From Eledone cirrhosa (taxonomy: Eukaryota), in assembly GCA_964016885.1 (NCBI GenBank), contig OZ024741.1:103106001-103170000 (forward strand): 64,000 bases of DNA, in the 5' to 3' direction. The notes under the pieces were generated by a model. That model was not told the DNA's origin and did no database searches. It saw nothing but the letters and a program-made list of their open reading frames with translations. This document shows, piece by piece, positions 13,401 through 24,815 of this stretch (its first letter is position 1; every line of letters starts with the position of its first letter). The position numbers and the translations under genes are program-made.

Positions 13401-14319
13401 GCTTTTGCAATCCAGGAACAGGAGATTAGCACGAAATACCTGATTCACAAAAGAGATAGGGATGCAGGCAAAACACCTAGATGTGATAACAAGTGCAGAC
13501 TCTGCAGAACTAACATCGAGGATATCACCCATGTCATCAGCAGCTGTCCAAAGATGTCATCGCGGTACTATCTACCAATGAGGCATGATGTAGTGGCCAA
13601 AACACTGTACAATGCAGTTCGTAAAAAAGATAGCCCCGATAATAAACACATTAAAAGCTACAACAATGTGGAAGACATCCATGTACATAATATGAAAGAG
13701 TACTGGTGGAATGTTCCAGTAAAAACCCCAATAAAATGCAGGCATAACAGACCAGATATTATGATAGGGGACAGGGAGAAGAAAACATGCATAGTAGTGG
13801 AAATTAGCTGCCCAGCAGATGCCAATATAATATCAAAGATTAGTGAAAAGGAGAATATTTATGCAGAAGTGATGAGAAATCTGCAGATACTCCACCCTGA
13901 TTACACCTTCAGATTTATGCCTGTGATTATTGGGGCACTGGGATATGTTAGGAACAGCCTCAATACAAATCTTGAGAAGCTAGGCTTCACATGAACAGAA
14001 AGAACACAACTAGTTAGGAAACTACAAGTACAATCCATTAATGGAACAGTAAAAATATCTAAAACATTCCAAAAATGTTGCATCTAATAACTGCATATAC
14101 ACATGTACAGATACAAAGCATATACACATGCACACATACAACTCAAAACATACACATCCACACATACAATAACATCCATATCTACACATGCATGCATACA
14201 TACATATCTACTTAGTTGATGTTGTGTAAATTCCAATGAGAGAGTCTTGTGTCTATGTTAGAAACCGACTCTCTCTCTCTCTATTGGTAAAACTTTGTGA
14301 AATTATAAAACCAGAAGAA
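10451..14319 (+). mobile_element. Second R4/Dong-like element, near full length, frameshifted, in (CATA)n
   Basis: N-terminal GYMNRMKLHWDE, RT NYRPIA..WLDLRKAFDSVPH..GIFQGDSLS..FFVDDLK, CRLC..HVISSC, RHD, RPDI..EISCP. Ends at (CATA)n 14320-14345. Clearly diverged from the upstream copy. Confidence 0.9.
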
Positions 14320-14359
14320 CATACATACATACATACATACATACAAAAGAATCCCACGT

Positions 14360-14388
14360 GTGTATTCAGTCGGCCATCTTGGAGAGTA

Positions 14389-14473
<85 letters not shown>

Positions 14474-15098
14474 ATATATACATAAATGTGTATACGTACA
14501 TATATATATGTGTACAGACGCACAGTAGTATGTATATTTATACATACATACCCATATATATATATGTACGTATGGGTTTACCGAACATTTATTATAATGT
14601 TCGGTTTGTTTGTAAACAAACAAACAGCCCGAATTACGCCGTACAGTGCTTGGCAACCATCGTCGCCCTTTTGTTCAACACTGACACATTAACGATGTAC
14701 TAGTTTCAAGCATATTAGCTATCGTCAGCATCGTATACCTTTCTGTCAGATGATTGAACGTCTGAAAGTATATACTTTCCTTATACATATTAACGGCTGA
14801 GCAGCCTAATTTACATATCGAGTGAGTTAGTCAGCCGTCAGTGTTGAACAAAAGGGCGACGATGGTTGCCGAGCACTGTACGGCGTAATTCGGACTGTTT
14901 GTTTACAAACAAATCGAACATTATAATAAATGTTCGGTAAACCCATACGTATATATATATATATGTGTGTGTGCATGTATGTATATATATACATACTACT
15001 GTGCGTCTGTACACATATATGTATGTACGTATACATACTTATATTTAGGTATCAGCCGTACTAAGAGTGAGAAATGAAATTTCGTTTCATTCTTTTCC

Positions 15099-15129
<31 letters not shown>

Positions 15130-15158
15130 TACTGTTCAAGATGGCCGACTGAATACAC
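14360..15158. mobile_element. Nested inverted-repeat element around a hammerhead
   Basis: Outer IR GTGTATTCAGTCGGCCATCTTG (14360-14381 / 15137-15158). Inner IR ~14490-14685 / ~14837-15035. Confidence 0.7.
14692..14734 (-). ncRNA. Minimal type I hammerhead ribozyme
   Basis: ACGATG-CTGACGA-TAGC taatat GCTT-GAAA-CTAG-TA^CATCGT. Palindromic stem III ACTAGT. Confidence 0.85.
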
Positions 15159-15529
15159 AGAGTAGCTATATATATATATTAGTAAAATGGAAAAGAAAAT
15201 GCTGACAAATTTTTCCCAGTGAAAAATAGTTTAATTAGGAATAAGTATAAATTAGTAATAAGTATTGGTTAGTATTCAGTTTTAGTTTTAAGTTTTTACC
15301 GGTTGCGCATTTCTAATGCTTTTCAAAAATAATTTTGAGATAGAGCGCTCGTAATGTTTGCTCTAATCAGATTAGTATTGACGTACATGGATTACCAAAG
15401 ATGTGGGTTCGACTCCCATGTACGTCAATACTGATCTTTTTCCATTTCTCCGAGGGTTCTTAACCCCACTATCAGGCTAAATAATTTCTTTAATTTCTTT
15501 AGTCAAAATACGGCGATAGCTTACATTTC

Positions 15530-15562
<33 letters not shown>

Positions 15563-15607
15563 CAATGCTATCAATAAATGGAAACTGTATTTATAAAACC
15601 ACATCTA

Positions 15608-15664
15608 TTCTATTATATATATTTCAAGGGTACCAAAACTTTGGCACGCCCTCATCAGATGAAA
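15608..15664 (-). ncRNA. Minimal hammerhead motif
   Basis: TTTCAT-CTGATGA-GGGCGTGCCAAAGTTTTGGTACCCTT-GAAA-TATATA-TA^ATAGAA. Confidence 0.65.
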
Positions 15665-15779
15665 TACAAAGTTTGTCTTATAAATATTGACATATTCAGG
15701 AATGAAACCTTAACGGTTCATGTTTTACCTGGATAGTAAAAGGAAAAGGGGAAGATAGAAAAAAACAAATATTTCAAAA

Positions 15780-16011
15780 ATTAGAATTGGTGCTCTGAAA
15801 TAGCCATATATATATGAATGTATATATAGTGTATTTTGCAATACACTTTATGCTTAATTAAAAGCATTTTGAAGACCGTATGCTATTGTTTTAGAGTAGT
15901 GACAGACTCACTTACTTTAATTTCAGCAAACAGGGGGAGAGAACATACGGTCTTCAAAATGCTTTTAATTAAGCATAAAGTGTATTGCAAAATACACTAT
16001 ATATACATTCA
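15780..16011. repeat. Fold-back repeat, same family as 47733-47950
   Basis: About 68 bp perfect IR (15815-15882 / 15943-16011). Shares CATTTTGAAGACC and GGTGCTCTGAAATAGC with the 47.7 kb hairpin. Confidence 0.65.
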
Positions 16012-17080
16012 AATATTTCAAATTATTTAGATGAATATGCAAATGAGGTTGAGGCGTAGGGCTGAAAAAAAAGTTATTTTTAGACGCTAGGTAGCTTTAT
16101 ATAATTATTAGGATATATATAATGTATAGGAAGAAGAAAGAGAAAGAAAGAAAAGCTTGTATTTATATTACTATAATGTACGCGAATTTAAAAATATTGA
16201 AACGTTAAGAATTAAAAGTTTGTTGGAGTGGTGGAATATGATTCCAGAATTTAAAAAATATTTAGCTAAATTATGAGTTATATTATATATATAATCAGTT
16301 AGATTATATGAAGAATTATGGTTGTAAGTACATTTTATCTTATTATATTACAACAGGTTGTAAGTATATAAATATCTATATAGATTAATAAGTGTATAAA
16401 TATAAATATTATTGGTGATTATATAGATATAAAACACACGTATTAATTTGTTTACTTACGAAGGAAGTTGATTTTACATTTTAAATATATTCAAGAAAAA
16501 GAGGTAGTTCAAATTATAAGAGAACAATTTGTAGATTCAAATATTTTCACCAAACATTGAAAATCTATAATATTCGTTACACTTGACTACATCTTATACA
16601 TCTTTAAAATGATTCTGTTGTTTAGTGAGGTTTTTAAAAAAAATGTTAAATGATCTTTTTCTTCTTAAATTTAATATTTTTAACAATTGATATTCTTTTC
16701 CTAACGATACTCTTAGTCTATTTTTTAGATGTATATATATTTTTTTTTTTTAGATTGACACTTTTTAATTGATATTCTGAAAATATCCTCTTTGCGATAG
16801 TTCTTCTAAATGCACTCTTGACTTATCTAATAATACATTTTTCCTCTCCTTAATCTTCAAACTTTTCACACCTCTTTCGACTTAGATAATACATATATAA
16901 TTGAAATTCTCATCCTTAAAAACATGTAATCTGATCGTAGGAGAAACATATGTAATATGTTAATAAATTGTGTTTTGATGCATCACTGATTCCTCGTTAA
17001 CTATGATAATATACTCTGCCCTGCGCGAGCATCGAGTGCTCAAACGGCATAACGCCTGCGGACGCATTTATTGCAACCAT

Positions 17081-17152
<72 letters not shown>

Positions 17153-17396
17153 CGTATACACACACTAAGAATCCATACAAACTCATTCAGACACGCACGC
17201 ACTGATATATCCGCACGCGCATACATAAACACACACACAAACAATTAATAAATAAAGACAACACAACGCGCACTCGCGAAATGTACTTCATCTCCACACA
17301 TAACATTATCAATGTTATCCCGCTCCGCAACCACGTCGGCATCTACACCCCATGCAGGTCTACTTGCCTGCCAGTTCATTCATCCTGATAAATAAT

Positions 17397-17599
17397 TGTT
17401 TCTACTTTAGACCCAAGGCCAGCAATTTTGGGGGAGGGGAAAGTCGATTAAATCGACCCCAGTGCGTTTCTGGTATTTTATTTTATAGAGCCCGTAAGGA
17501 TGAATGATAAAGATAACCTCGGGGGTATTCAGAACGTGAAGAGCCGTAACTCTATGTAGTGAAACATGTTTTCCGACGTTCTACCAATGCTGCCAATCA
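17397..17599 (-). mobile_element. Nin-domain tRNA-SINE with TSD
   Basis: Same family as 3576. Flanking ATCCTGAT(A/G)AATAAT repeats. Confidence 0.8.
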
Positions 17600-17744
17600 A
17601 TCCTGATGAATAATAAGACTGTGTAATTGTATCGATGTGTTTGTCTTTTTTTATCTTAAACTATATACATATATACCAAATTCCACTAGTTATTGACCAA
17701 CCCATGTCTCTAGTACATACATAACCCTTAAAGTACCATACACA

Positions 17745-18130
17745 CACCGAGATTGAACTTGGAGCCACGTGATTGTGAAGCAAACTGTTTTAATTGCAAG
17801 ACTATATCTGCAGCCATATACGTAAATTAATGTTTTGCCTGTCTCAAAAGCGACAAATTAGCAAAAGCATTGGTGCCTTGGGCTAAATACCTAGGCATTT
17901 GTTCCAGCTCACTGCGCTCTGATTTCAAATCCTGTCAAAATCATTTTTCCGTTCATCCATGGGGCGGTGTAGTAATGGATAGTTAAAGAGTTTGACATGA
18001 TGCTTTGCAGTATCTAATCTAGTCCTGCGCCTTCTAAGTTCAAATCTTGCCTTTCATCTCTCAGGGGTTGCGAACTTGCAGATAGTATCAACAATGAAAA
18101 CATTGTTTCCTTGGTCTGAATTGACGATCG
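17745..18130. mobile_element. Cluster of degenerate SINE fragments
   Basis: tRNA-like head (-) 17745-17812. Nin-SINE 5' halves (+) ~17856-17965 and ~17965-18070. Confidence 0.5.
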
Positions 18131-18400
18131 ATATGCTTCTCTCCTTTCCATGTTTCAATTGAGAAAACCCAAGCAGTAAAATATTTTTTGTTTTTATTGA
18201 GAGCGACTGAATCAGATAATTGTATCTCTTGAGTATAAAGAAGAGTTCATGAGCATTTGTCTTGATGTTCTTTATCTAATTCTACCATAAACCTGTCATC
18301 AGGCCATCATTGTTCTATATATTATTAATATTATAAACAGTCGCATCACAAAATCTTGGTTTGTCTTACAGTACATTCCTCTTGACATTAAATAAGTTTC

Positions 18401-18538
<138 letters not shown>

Positions 18539-18916
18539 ATATATATATCGGAACAAACAAAAACCCGATTCCTGTGGGGGCTTATTCCTGGTTATATTTA
18601 ATAGTGGAGGACTGTGTGAGAGATCAATATAAAGAGATAGGTATCTAGCGTAGCAACGAACCAATGGATAATCAATGTGACATTTGTATTGATATAATCA
18701 ACAAATGACGCTAATATAAATGTATATGTATATGTATATGTATGTATTGATGAATAGATAGAAGCATATATATATATATATATATGTGCGTATATACTGT
18801 ATGTATATGTGTGTGTGTGTGTATGTGTTATGTATTTCCGTAGAAAAGGTAAAGGAAAGAAGAGTGCTCTATGTATAGTACATGGTTATTTAATTATATA
18901 ATAAACACAATATAAT

Positions 18917-18990
18917 TATTCCATTACCCAAGGTTTCACGAAATTAGACAATTCTAACGGAAATGCCCTGTTCGTTCATCAGATGAAATA
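18917..18990 (-). ncRNA. Type I hammerhead ribozyme
   Basis: TATTTCAT-CTGATGA-ACGAA...TTCGT-GAAA-CC ttg GG-TA^ATGGAATA. 8-bp stem I. Confidence 0.88.
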
Positions 18991-19175
18991 TCGATGTTAT
19001 GGATATAAGATTTGAAATTAAATAGTAATTATATTGTGTTGTTTATTATAATACAATATATATATATATATATGAAAGACGTAATATATATATATATATG
19101 AAAGACGTAATATATATATATATATATGAAAGACGTAAAATAAGAAAATTATAATAATTAACTTACTTAAGTTTC

Positions 19176-19253
19176 ACTCCAACTAATTAGTTTCTGAAAG
19201 GGGATATACATAGTGTTCAAAACCATTGAGAATTCCTTTCTTCATCAGGGAGT
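19176..19253 (-). ncRNA. Hammerhead ribozyme (inverted arm)
   Basis: ACTCC-CTGATGA-aGAAAGG...CCTTTCa-GAAA-CTAATTAG-TT^GGAGT. Confidence 0.8.
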
Positions 19254-19833
19254 CAATTCTCGGCTAAGATCCCTGACGATAGGTGGACACAGGGATCTCA
19301 AACAAAAATAATTCAGTGAATGGAAGCGCGGACTAAATTTCAAGACACTGAATATTTCACTACCTTCCCTGTCAGAAACTAATTAGTTGGAGTGAAACTT
19401 AAGTAAGTTAATTATTATAATTTTCTTATTTTACGTCTTTCATATAATTGTTCTACATTTTTGTATTGAACCACAAAGTTACTAAGACAAAACCTTTCTC
19501 TTGCTAGCATAAGTATACTTCTGTATAAATATGTTGGTAGATATACTAATTCTTTATAATTATCTCCAAATTATTTGTTGAGCAAAAATCTGCCTGAATT
19601 ACTGCTATAATTCATAGTAATATTTTGGCTACTGTCTTTTTAACACTCCACTCCTCACTGATTAACCTCAATGTCACGTGATTGATTCTTTTGAATTTGC
19701 CACTGACCGGGAACGTAGTGAAATTTTCAGTGTTTTGAAATTTAGTCCGCGCTTGCTTCTTTTCCATTCACTGAATTATTTTTGTTTGAGATCCCTGTGT
19801 CCGCCTATCGCCAGGGATCTTAGCCGAGAATTG

Positions 19834-19911
19834 ACTCTCTGATGAAGAAAGGAATTCTCCATGGTTTTGAACACTATGTATATCCCCTTTCAGAAACTAA
19901 TTAGTTGGAGT
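19834..19911 (+). ncRNA. Hammerhead ribozyme
   Basis: ACTCT-CTGATGA-aGAAAGG...CCTTTCa-GAAA-CTAATTAG-TT^GGAGT. Palindromic stem III. Confidence 0.8.
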
Positions 19912-20009
19912 GAAACTTAAGTAAGTTAATTATTATAATTTTCTTATTTTACGTCTTTCATACATATATATATACATATATATATATATCATATTCACAC
20001 ATATATATT

Positions 20010-20567
20010 TTCCTCCGCTGTGACCCGTCTGTTTCTTTCTTACTGCTTCCTCTTTTCTCTGTATCTCTCACTTCCCTTTACCCCCTCTAACAGTCACTCT
20101 CTCTGTTACCCTCTTCCTCACCTTTCACTCACTCTCTGCTACTCCCTTTCCTACTTCCTCCCGTTTGACCTGTGCGAAATTCTTTCCTCACGCACACTTT
20201 GACCAGGCCGGTTGTTATTTATTCTCTCTCGTCTACGATTTCACAGAACTTATGTTCACCAATTTCAGGGACTTGACTCCTTCTTCCTCCCGTTTGACCT
20301 GTGCGAAATTCTTTCCTTGCTCACATTTCGACCAGGCTTGATGGTCTTTATTCTCTCTCGTCCACGATTTCACAGAACTTATATTCTTCCTCACTTTTCG
20401 TTGCATTACCATCTTTGATTGTTTACAGTCTCGCTCGTTTCCCTTATTTACGTGTCCCAACGACTTTCTTTAGCCGTTGCTCGCACCAACCGGAGGTATA
20501 TGATCTTTAAAGCGATGAAATACCAATGAAGGTTGGAAGATCACTGATGAAGGACTAAATTTATTCA
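20010..20567 (+). repeat. Interspersed repeat (shares its 3' part with ~61803-61930) ending after a hammerhead 5' half
   Basis: Internal ~130 bp duplication. Both copies end CACTGATGAAGGAC..TTC then (TA)n. Confidence 0.6.
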
Positions 20568-20594
20568 TATATATATATATATATATGATACCCA

Positions 20595-20640
20595 GATTCC
20601 TGATGATTTCGAAAGAATGAAACAGTTCTAGTCCTGTAGA

Positions 20641-20643
<3 letters not shown>
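20595..20643 (+). ncRNA. Isolated 49-nt hammerhead ribozyme between two (TA)n runs
   Basis: GATTC-CTGATGA-TTTC gaaa GAAT-GAAA-CAG ttctagtc CTG-TA^GAATC. Confidence 0.88.
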
Positions 20644-20678
<35 letters not shown>

Positions 20679-21009
20679 AATATTAGACAGGAACAAAAAG
20701 CAGGGAGGCAGTATATATGGTAGTTTATTAGGTTCACCCTTTTGAATATACAAGAGAGATAAACACAAACATAAACATACATGTGTTCGAATTGTAAAGG
20801 ATCAAGTTCACTAAGGTGAAAAAAATACTAACTATAACAATATGGTTTGCCAGACTTAATTTAAAGTAATAAATCAAGAAAAAGAACAAACCTATATTGG
20901 GCAACTGCCTGAAACACCTAGACATCTATAGGAGTTGTTCCACAAATTATTAAGCGAATTATAAACCTACTGAAGAGCAGAAAGTTGGTGATTACTTCGC
21001 TTAATAATT

Positions 21010-21802
21010 TATATAGTTATAGAGGTGCGTATTTACACTTTAGTTTATATTTTTAATTATCGTCTGTCTACCTTGCCTTTCAAAGGTTATAGATTCCATA
21101 CACTGGTGGTTTTCCCTGTTTTATGGATGGCGCACTGTATCTCTCTCTAGTGTGTTACCTTTTCAACATATTGTATTTTAAAGAGCTCAGGATTCCTTCT
21201 TCTTTGAGTACATTATTGACAGGGAATAACGAGAGTCTATGGCTCCGTTAATCTATCGTGATATTTCGCTCCTTATAACAGTCTTTCCTCTCTCACTGTT
21301 TGGTTGAGTACACTTCTCTGAGTGGTTTTTGGGCTGCCATTTCTAGCAGCTCGTCCCTCAGACACCACTGGTTCACTGCCCTAAACACGCTGTGACATCT
21401 CTCTCCCGCGTGTAGCTGGACGGTCACTTTAGATTCTCTTAGAGTTGTCTGGAATATATAGTCTTGCACGCGCTGATGAACCATAGGCTATTCCATTTCA
21501 GTCAACAACTTCCTGGCGAAACAGATCTCTTTGGATTTGTACGCGTGTCTTATATAGTTATAGAGGTGCGTATATACACTTTAGTTTATATTTTTAATTA
21601 TCGTGTGTCTACCCTGCTTTCATAGGTTATAGATTCCTTACACTGGAGGTTTTCCCTGTTTTATTGATGGCGCACTATCTCTCTCTAATGTGTTACCTTT
21701 TCAACATATTGTATTTTAAAGAGCTCAGGATTCCTTCTCCTTTGAGCACATTATTGACAGGGAATAGCGAGAGTCTATGGCTCCGTTAATTTATCGTGAT
21801 AT
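21010..21802 (+). mobile_element. Retrozyme-like partial tandem element, 541-bp monomer
   Basis: 21011-21263 repeated at 21552-21802. One HHR just before the second copy. No ORF. Confidence 0.8.
21467..21547 (+). ncRNA. Type I hammerhead ribozyme with stable stem III
   Basis: CACGCG-CTGATGA-ACCA...TGGC-GAAA-CAGATC tctttg GATTTG-TA^CGCGTG. Confidence 0.88.
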
Positions 21803-22308
21803 GTATATATATATGTATGTATATATGTATATATATATATGTATGTATATATATGTATATACATATATGTATGTATATGTATGTATGTATATGTATATAT
21901 ATGTATATATATGTATGTACATGTATGTATATATATGTATGTATATATATGTATATATATGTATGTATGTATGTATATATGTGCATATATGTATGTATAT
22001 ATGTGTATATATGTATGTATATATGTGTATATATGTATGGATATATGTGTATATATGTATGTATATATGTGTATGTATATATGTATATATATATGTGTAT
22101 ATATGTATGTATATATATATGTGTGTGTGTATGTATGTATATATATATATATATATATGTATGTATATATACATATATGTGTGTGTATGTATATATATAT
22201 ATATATGCATGTATGTATTTATATGTATATATGCATGTATGTATTTATATGTATATATATGCATGTATGTATATATATGTATATATATATAAATATATAT
22301 ATATATGT
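21799..22308. repeat. Compound (TA)/(TG)/(TATG) microsatellite
   Basis: Low-complexity run. Similar runs at 22820-23112, 39670-40200, 48490-48680 and 60170-60412. Confidence 0.95.
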
Positions 22309-22327
22309 GGGGGGGGGTATTTGGGGG

Positions 22328-22662
22328 GTGCCAAAGGTCCCGTCTTCCACATCTAGAATAAGGAGCAGATATTGCAATAGCCTGGGGTTCAAGGGCCCTC
22401 AACTCTTCAACAAGCTGCCGAGGGATCTGAGAGATCTGCATGGTGTGCAGGTGGATGTCTTCAAGAAACATCTCGAAACCTTGCTATCCAGGATCCAGGA
22501 TGAGCCCAGAGCAAGGCACGAGGGAAACCTAAGGGCAGCAGCAACGAACTCCTTCTTGCACCAGTGGCCAACCAATACAGGCTGGAGATTAAATGTGTAG
22601 CAACAAGGGCGTTGCCCCAGTATGGCTTCTCCCGGATGGCTGGAACAGGTAAAAGTGTGAAA
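22328..22662 (+). mobile_element. CR1 LINE 3' end
   Basis: [31 protein letters not shown]. Same 3' tail as ~5400. Confidence 0.8.
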
Positions 22663-22675
22663 GAGTAATATATAT

Positions 22676-22820
22676 ATAACAAAGGAAGTGTGGTAAGGAA
22701 CCAGGTGGACCATAACGCACCAGAGTCCTCGCTTCATTACCACGCTAAAAATTTAATTTAGTCCAGAAATAGCCGTCGAAACGGCTTGAGCTCTGCCGTC
22801 GGGGTCCTGAACCTTTTCCT
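22676..22820. repeat. Short pLTR-like repeat carrying a hammerhead 3' half (family with 48010, 58543, 61975)
   Basis: GAAA-CGGCT tgagctc TGCCG-TC^GGGGTC and shared GTGGTAAGGAACCAGGTGGACCATAACGCACC. Confidence 0.7.
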
Positions 22821-22883
22821 ATATATATATATATGCATGTATGTATATATATGCATATATATATATTTATATATGTATATATG

Positions 22884-22920
<37 letters not shown>

Positions 22921-22959
22921 ATGTATATATATATGTATATATATATAGATGTGTGTGTG

Positions 22960-23029
<70 letters not shown>

Positions 23030-23032
23030 CAT

Positions 23033-23114
<82 letters not shown>

Positions 23115-24156
23115 TTCTTCTGTCATGTCGGGAATTACAAAACGGTGTTCTTCGGGTTGTGATGTACCATTGGATTTTGATAATTCTTCAACTGCTTTTT
23201 GGTACTGTTTCAACAGAAAGATCATCTCAGTAGATTCCAGTTTCTGGGTTTGGAAGGATCTTTTTGAAGAGTTTGTAACTTGGATTTATTAATTAACTGG
23301 AACATTTTGTTATCTCTCTTTCGTAATATCACACCTCTATTATCTTATTCAAAGTCTTTTGGGAGGGAATCACTTCTTTCAGGGGTTGGAGGGCCTGGTA
23401 GTTTACTTTTGTTCCTGTGTTTCCTTGGATAGCTTGTGTCAAAAGTTTTTTCCGTTCCTTAATTAAACCACCCCCGAGAGAAATTATTTCTTCAGGATCA
23501 TGCATGGCGATTCCTTGGTCAAGAACTACGTCTTTAGGGGAAGCATCTGTGTTCTTGTTGGGAGGTTCTGTGGAATTTTCCTGATTGCTCTGCTGGCTGA
23601 GCTGCCAAGTGGTCTGATAAGGAGGTTTCCGCACTTGATTTGGCTTTGTTGTTGGAGGTGTGTTTGTGGTAGTTTCACACGAGAAAGCAGCTGGAATGTT
23701 GATCTTAGCCGTGATCCTGACTGCAAAGACGATCCACCATTTATCATTGAGTTGTGGTCAGGGGTGGGGGTGGGGGTGGGGGTATCAAAAGATGACTTAA
23801 CCTTGTTATTTGACAACCTTTTACCCGATTCTTCTTCTTTCGATAACTACTGCTAGATGCTGGTCTTCCGATCTATTGTCGAAACATTCTTCCAGTCTAG
23901 AGTCGAAGTATTGTTGTATTCCAAGGTTTTGAGGGTAGGTTTGGTTGTTGGTGTAGAGTTGATTATTTTATTAGTGCTGGTGTAGGGCTTAAACTTTGAG
24001 GTTTTATCGGAGACTTACCGTGCGGAGTTGATCTCAGTTTTATTTGACAATGGTGCATCAAATCGGGCTTTCAGAGCAGAAACTATGATGCTTCCCTGAC
24101 CCTCCATGCTTGAAGAATGTATTAATTGTATGTGTATATATATATATATGTGTGTG

Positions 24157-24186
<30 letters not shown>

Positions 24187-24187
<1 letters not shown>

Positions 24188-24751
24188 GGTAAATTTCTTT
24201 AAGTCGTTTGGAAGCCTCGACAATGCAGATGGGTAAACCTCCGGGTAACAAGATCCGGTGGTGGAGTGAGAGATGTAAGTGGGTGTACGTTGAGATGCGT
24301 GGCGTGTATAAGACTGTAACGTGTAGAGGAATGAAGGAACGAGCGTAAAGGATAAAAATAAAAATAACAACACGAGAAAGAGTTACCTTGGGAGAGATTT
24401 AATTGTCCCTATATATTTCGGATTCACATCCATTTTTTCCGTGGGAGGGAGGTTGTCTGTCGGAAAGGTGCGAAACGTGTCCTCCGCTGTTCGTTGTTTT
24501 GAATATCTGAGGTATTCAGGAGAGCGCGCGTGCGCGTGAAATGGGGTCGGTCAGGCAGAGGTCAGCTGCCGAAGTAGTTCTTTCAATTGTGGGAGATGGG
24601 GTGGCGCTAGATGTCAGTCCATTCTCTGCCTGTTTGGTGAATGTTACTGTGTGTGTGTGTGCGTGTGTTGTTGTCTCGCTTGAGTGTGTGTGCGTGTGTT
24701 GTTGCCTTGTTCCTTGTATTGGCAGTGTAGTATGTTCGTATGGTGGATTGC

Positions 24752-24815
<64 letters not shown>

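Larger units (their letters stand above)
19126..19962 (+). mobile_element. Non-coding PLE-type element: inverted arm plus partial tandem pLTR, two hammerheads
   Basis: 19126-19360 is an inverted copy of ~19715-19962. 19372-19444 is a direct copy of ~19890-19962. (TA)n flanks. Confidence 0.8.

Noticed and set aside
14748-14780. Plus-strand CAGATGA..GAAAGTATATACTT as a hammerhead
   Set aside because: No stem I or II in register. The real motif is on the minus strand at 14692.
16890-16960. GAAACATATGTA half-motif (similar weak hits at ~15690, ~45560, ~47690, ~49060)
   Set aside because: No acceptable CUGANGA box. May be very old remnants but unsupported.
20900-21000. GAAA..CTGAAGA as a permuted hammerhead
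   Set aside because: Stems cannot be formed simultaneously in register.
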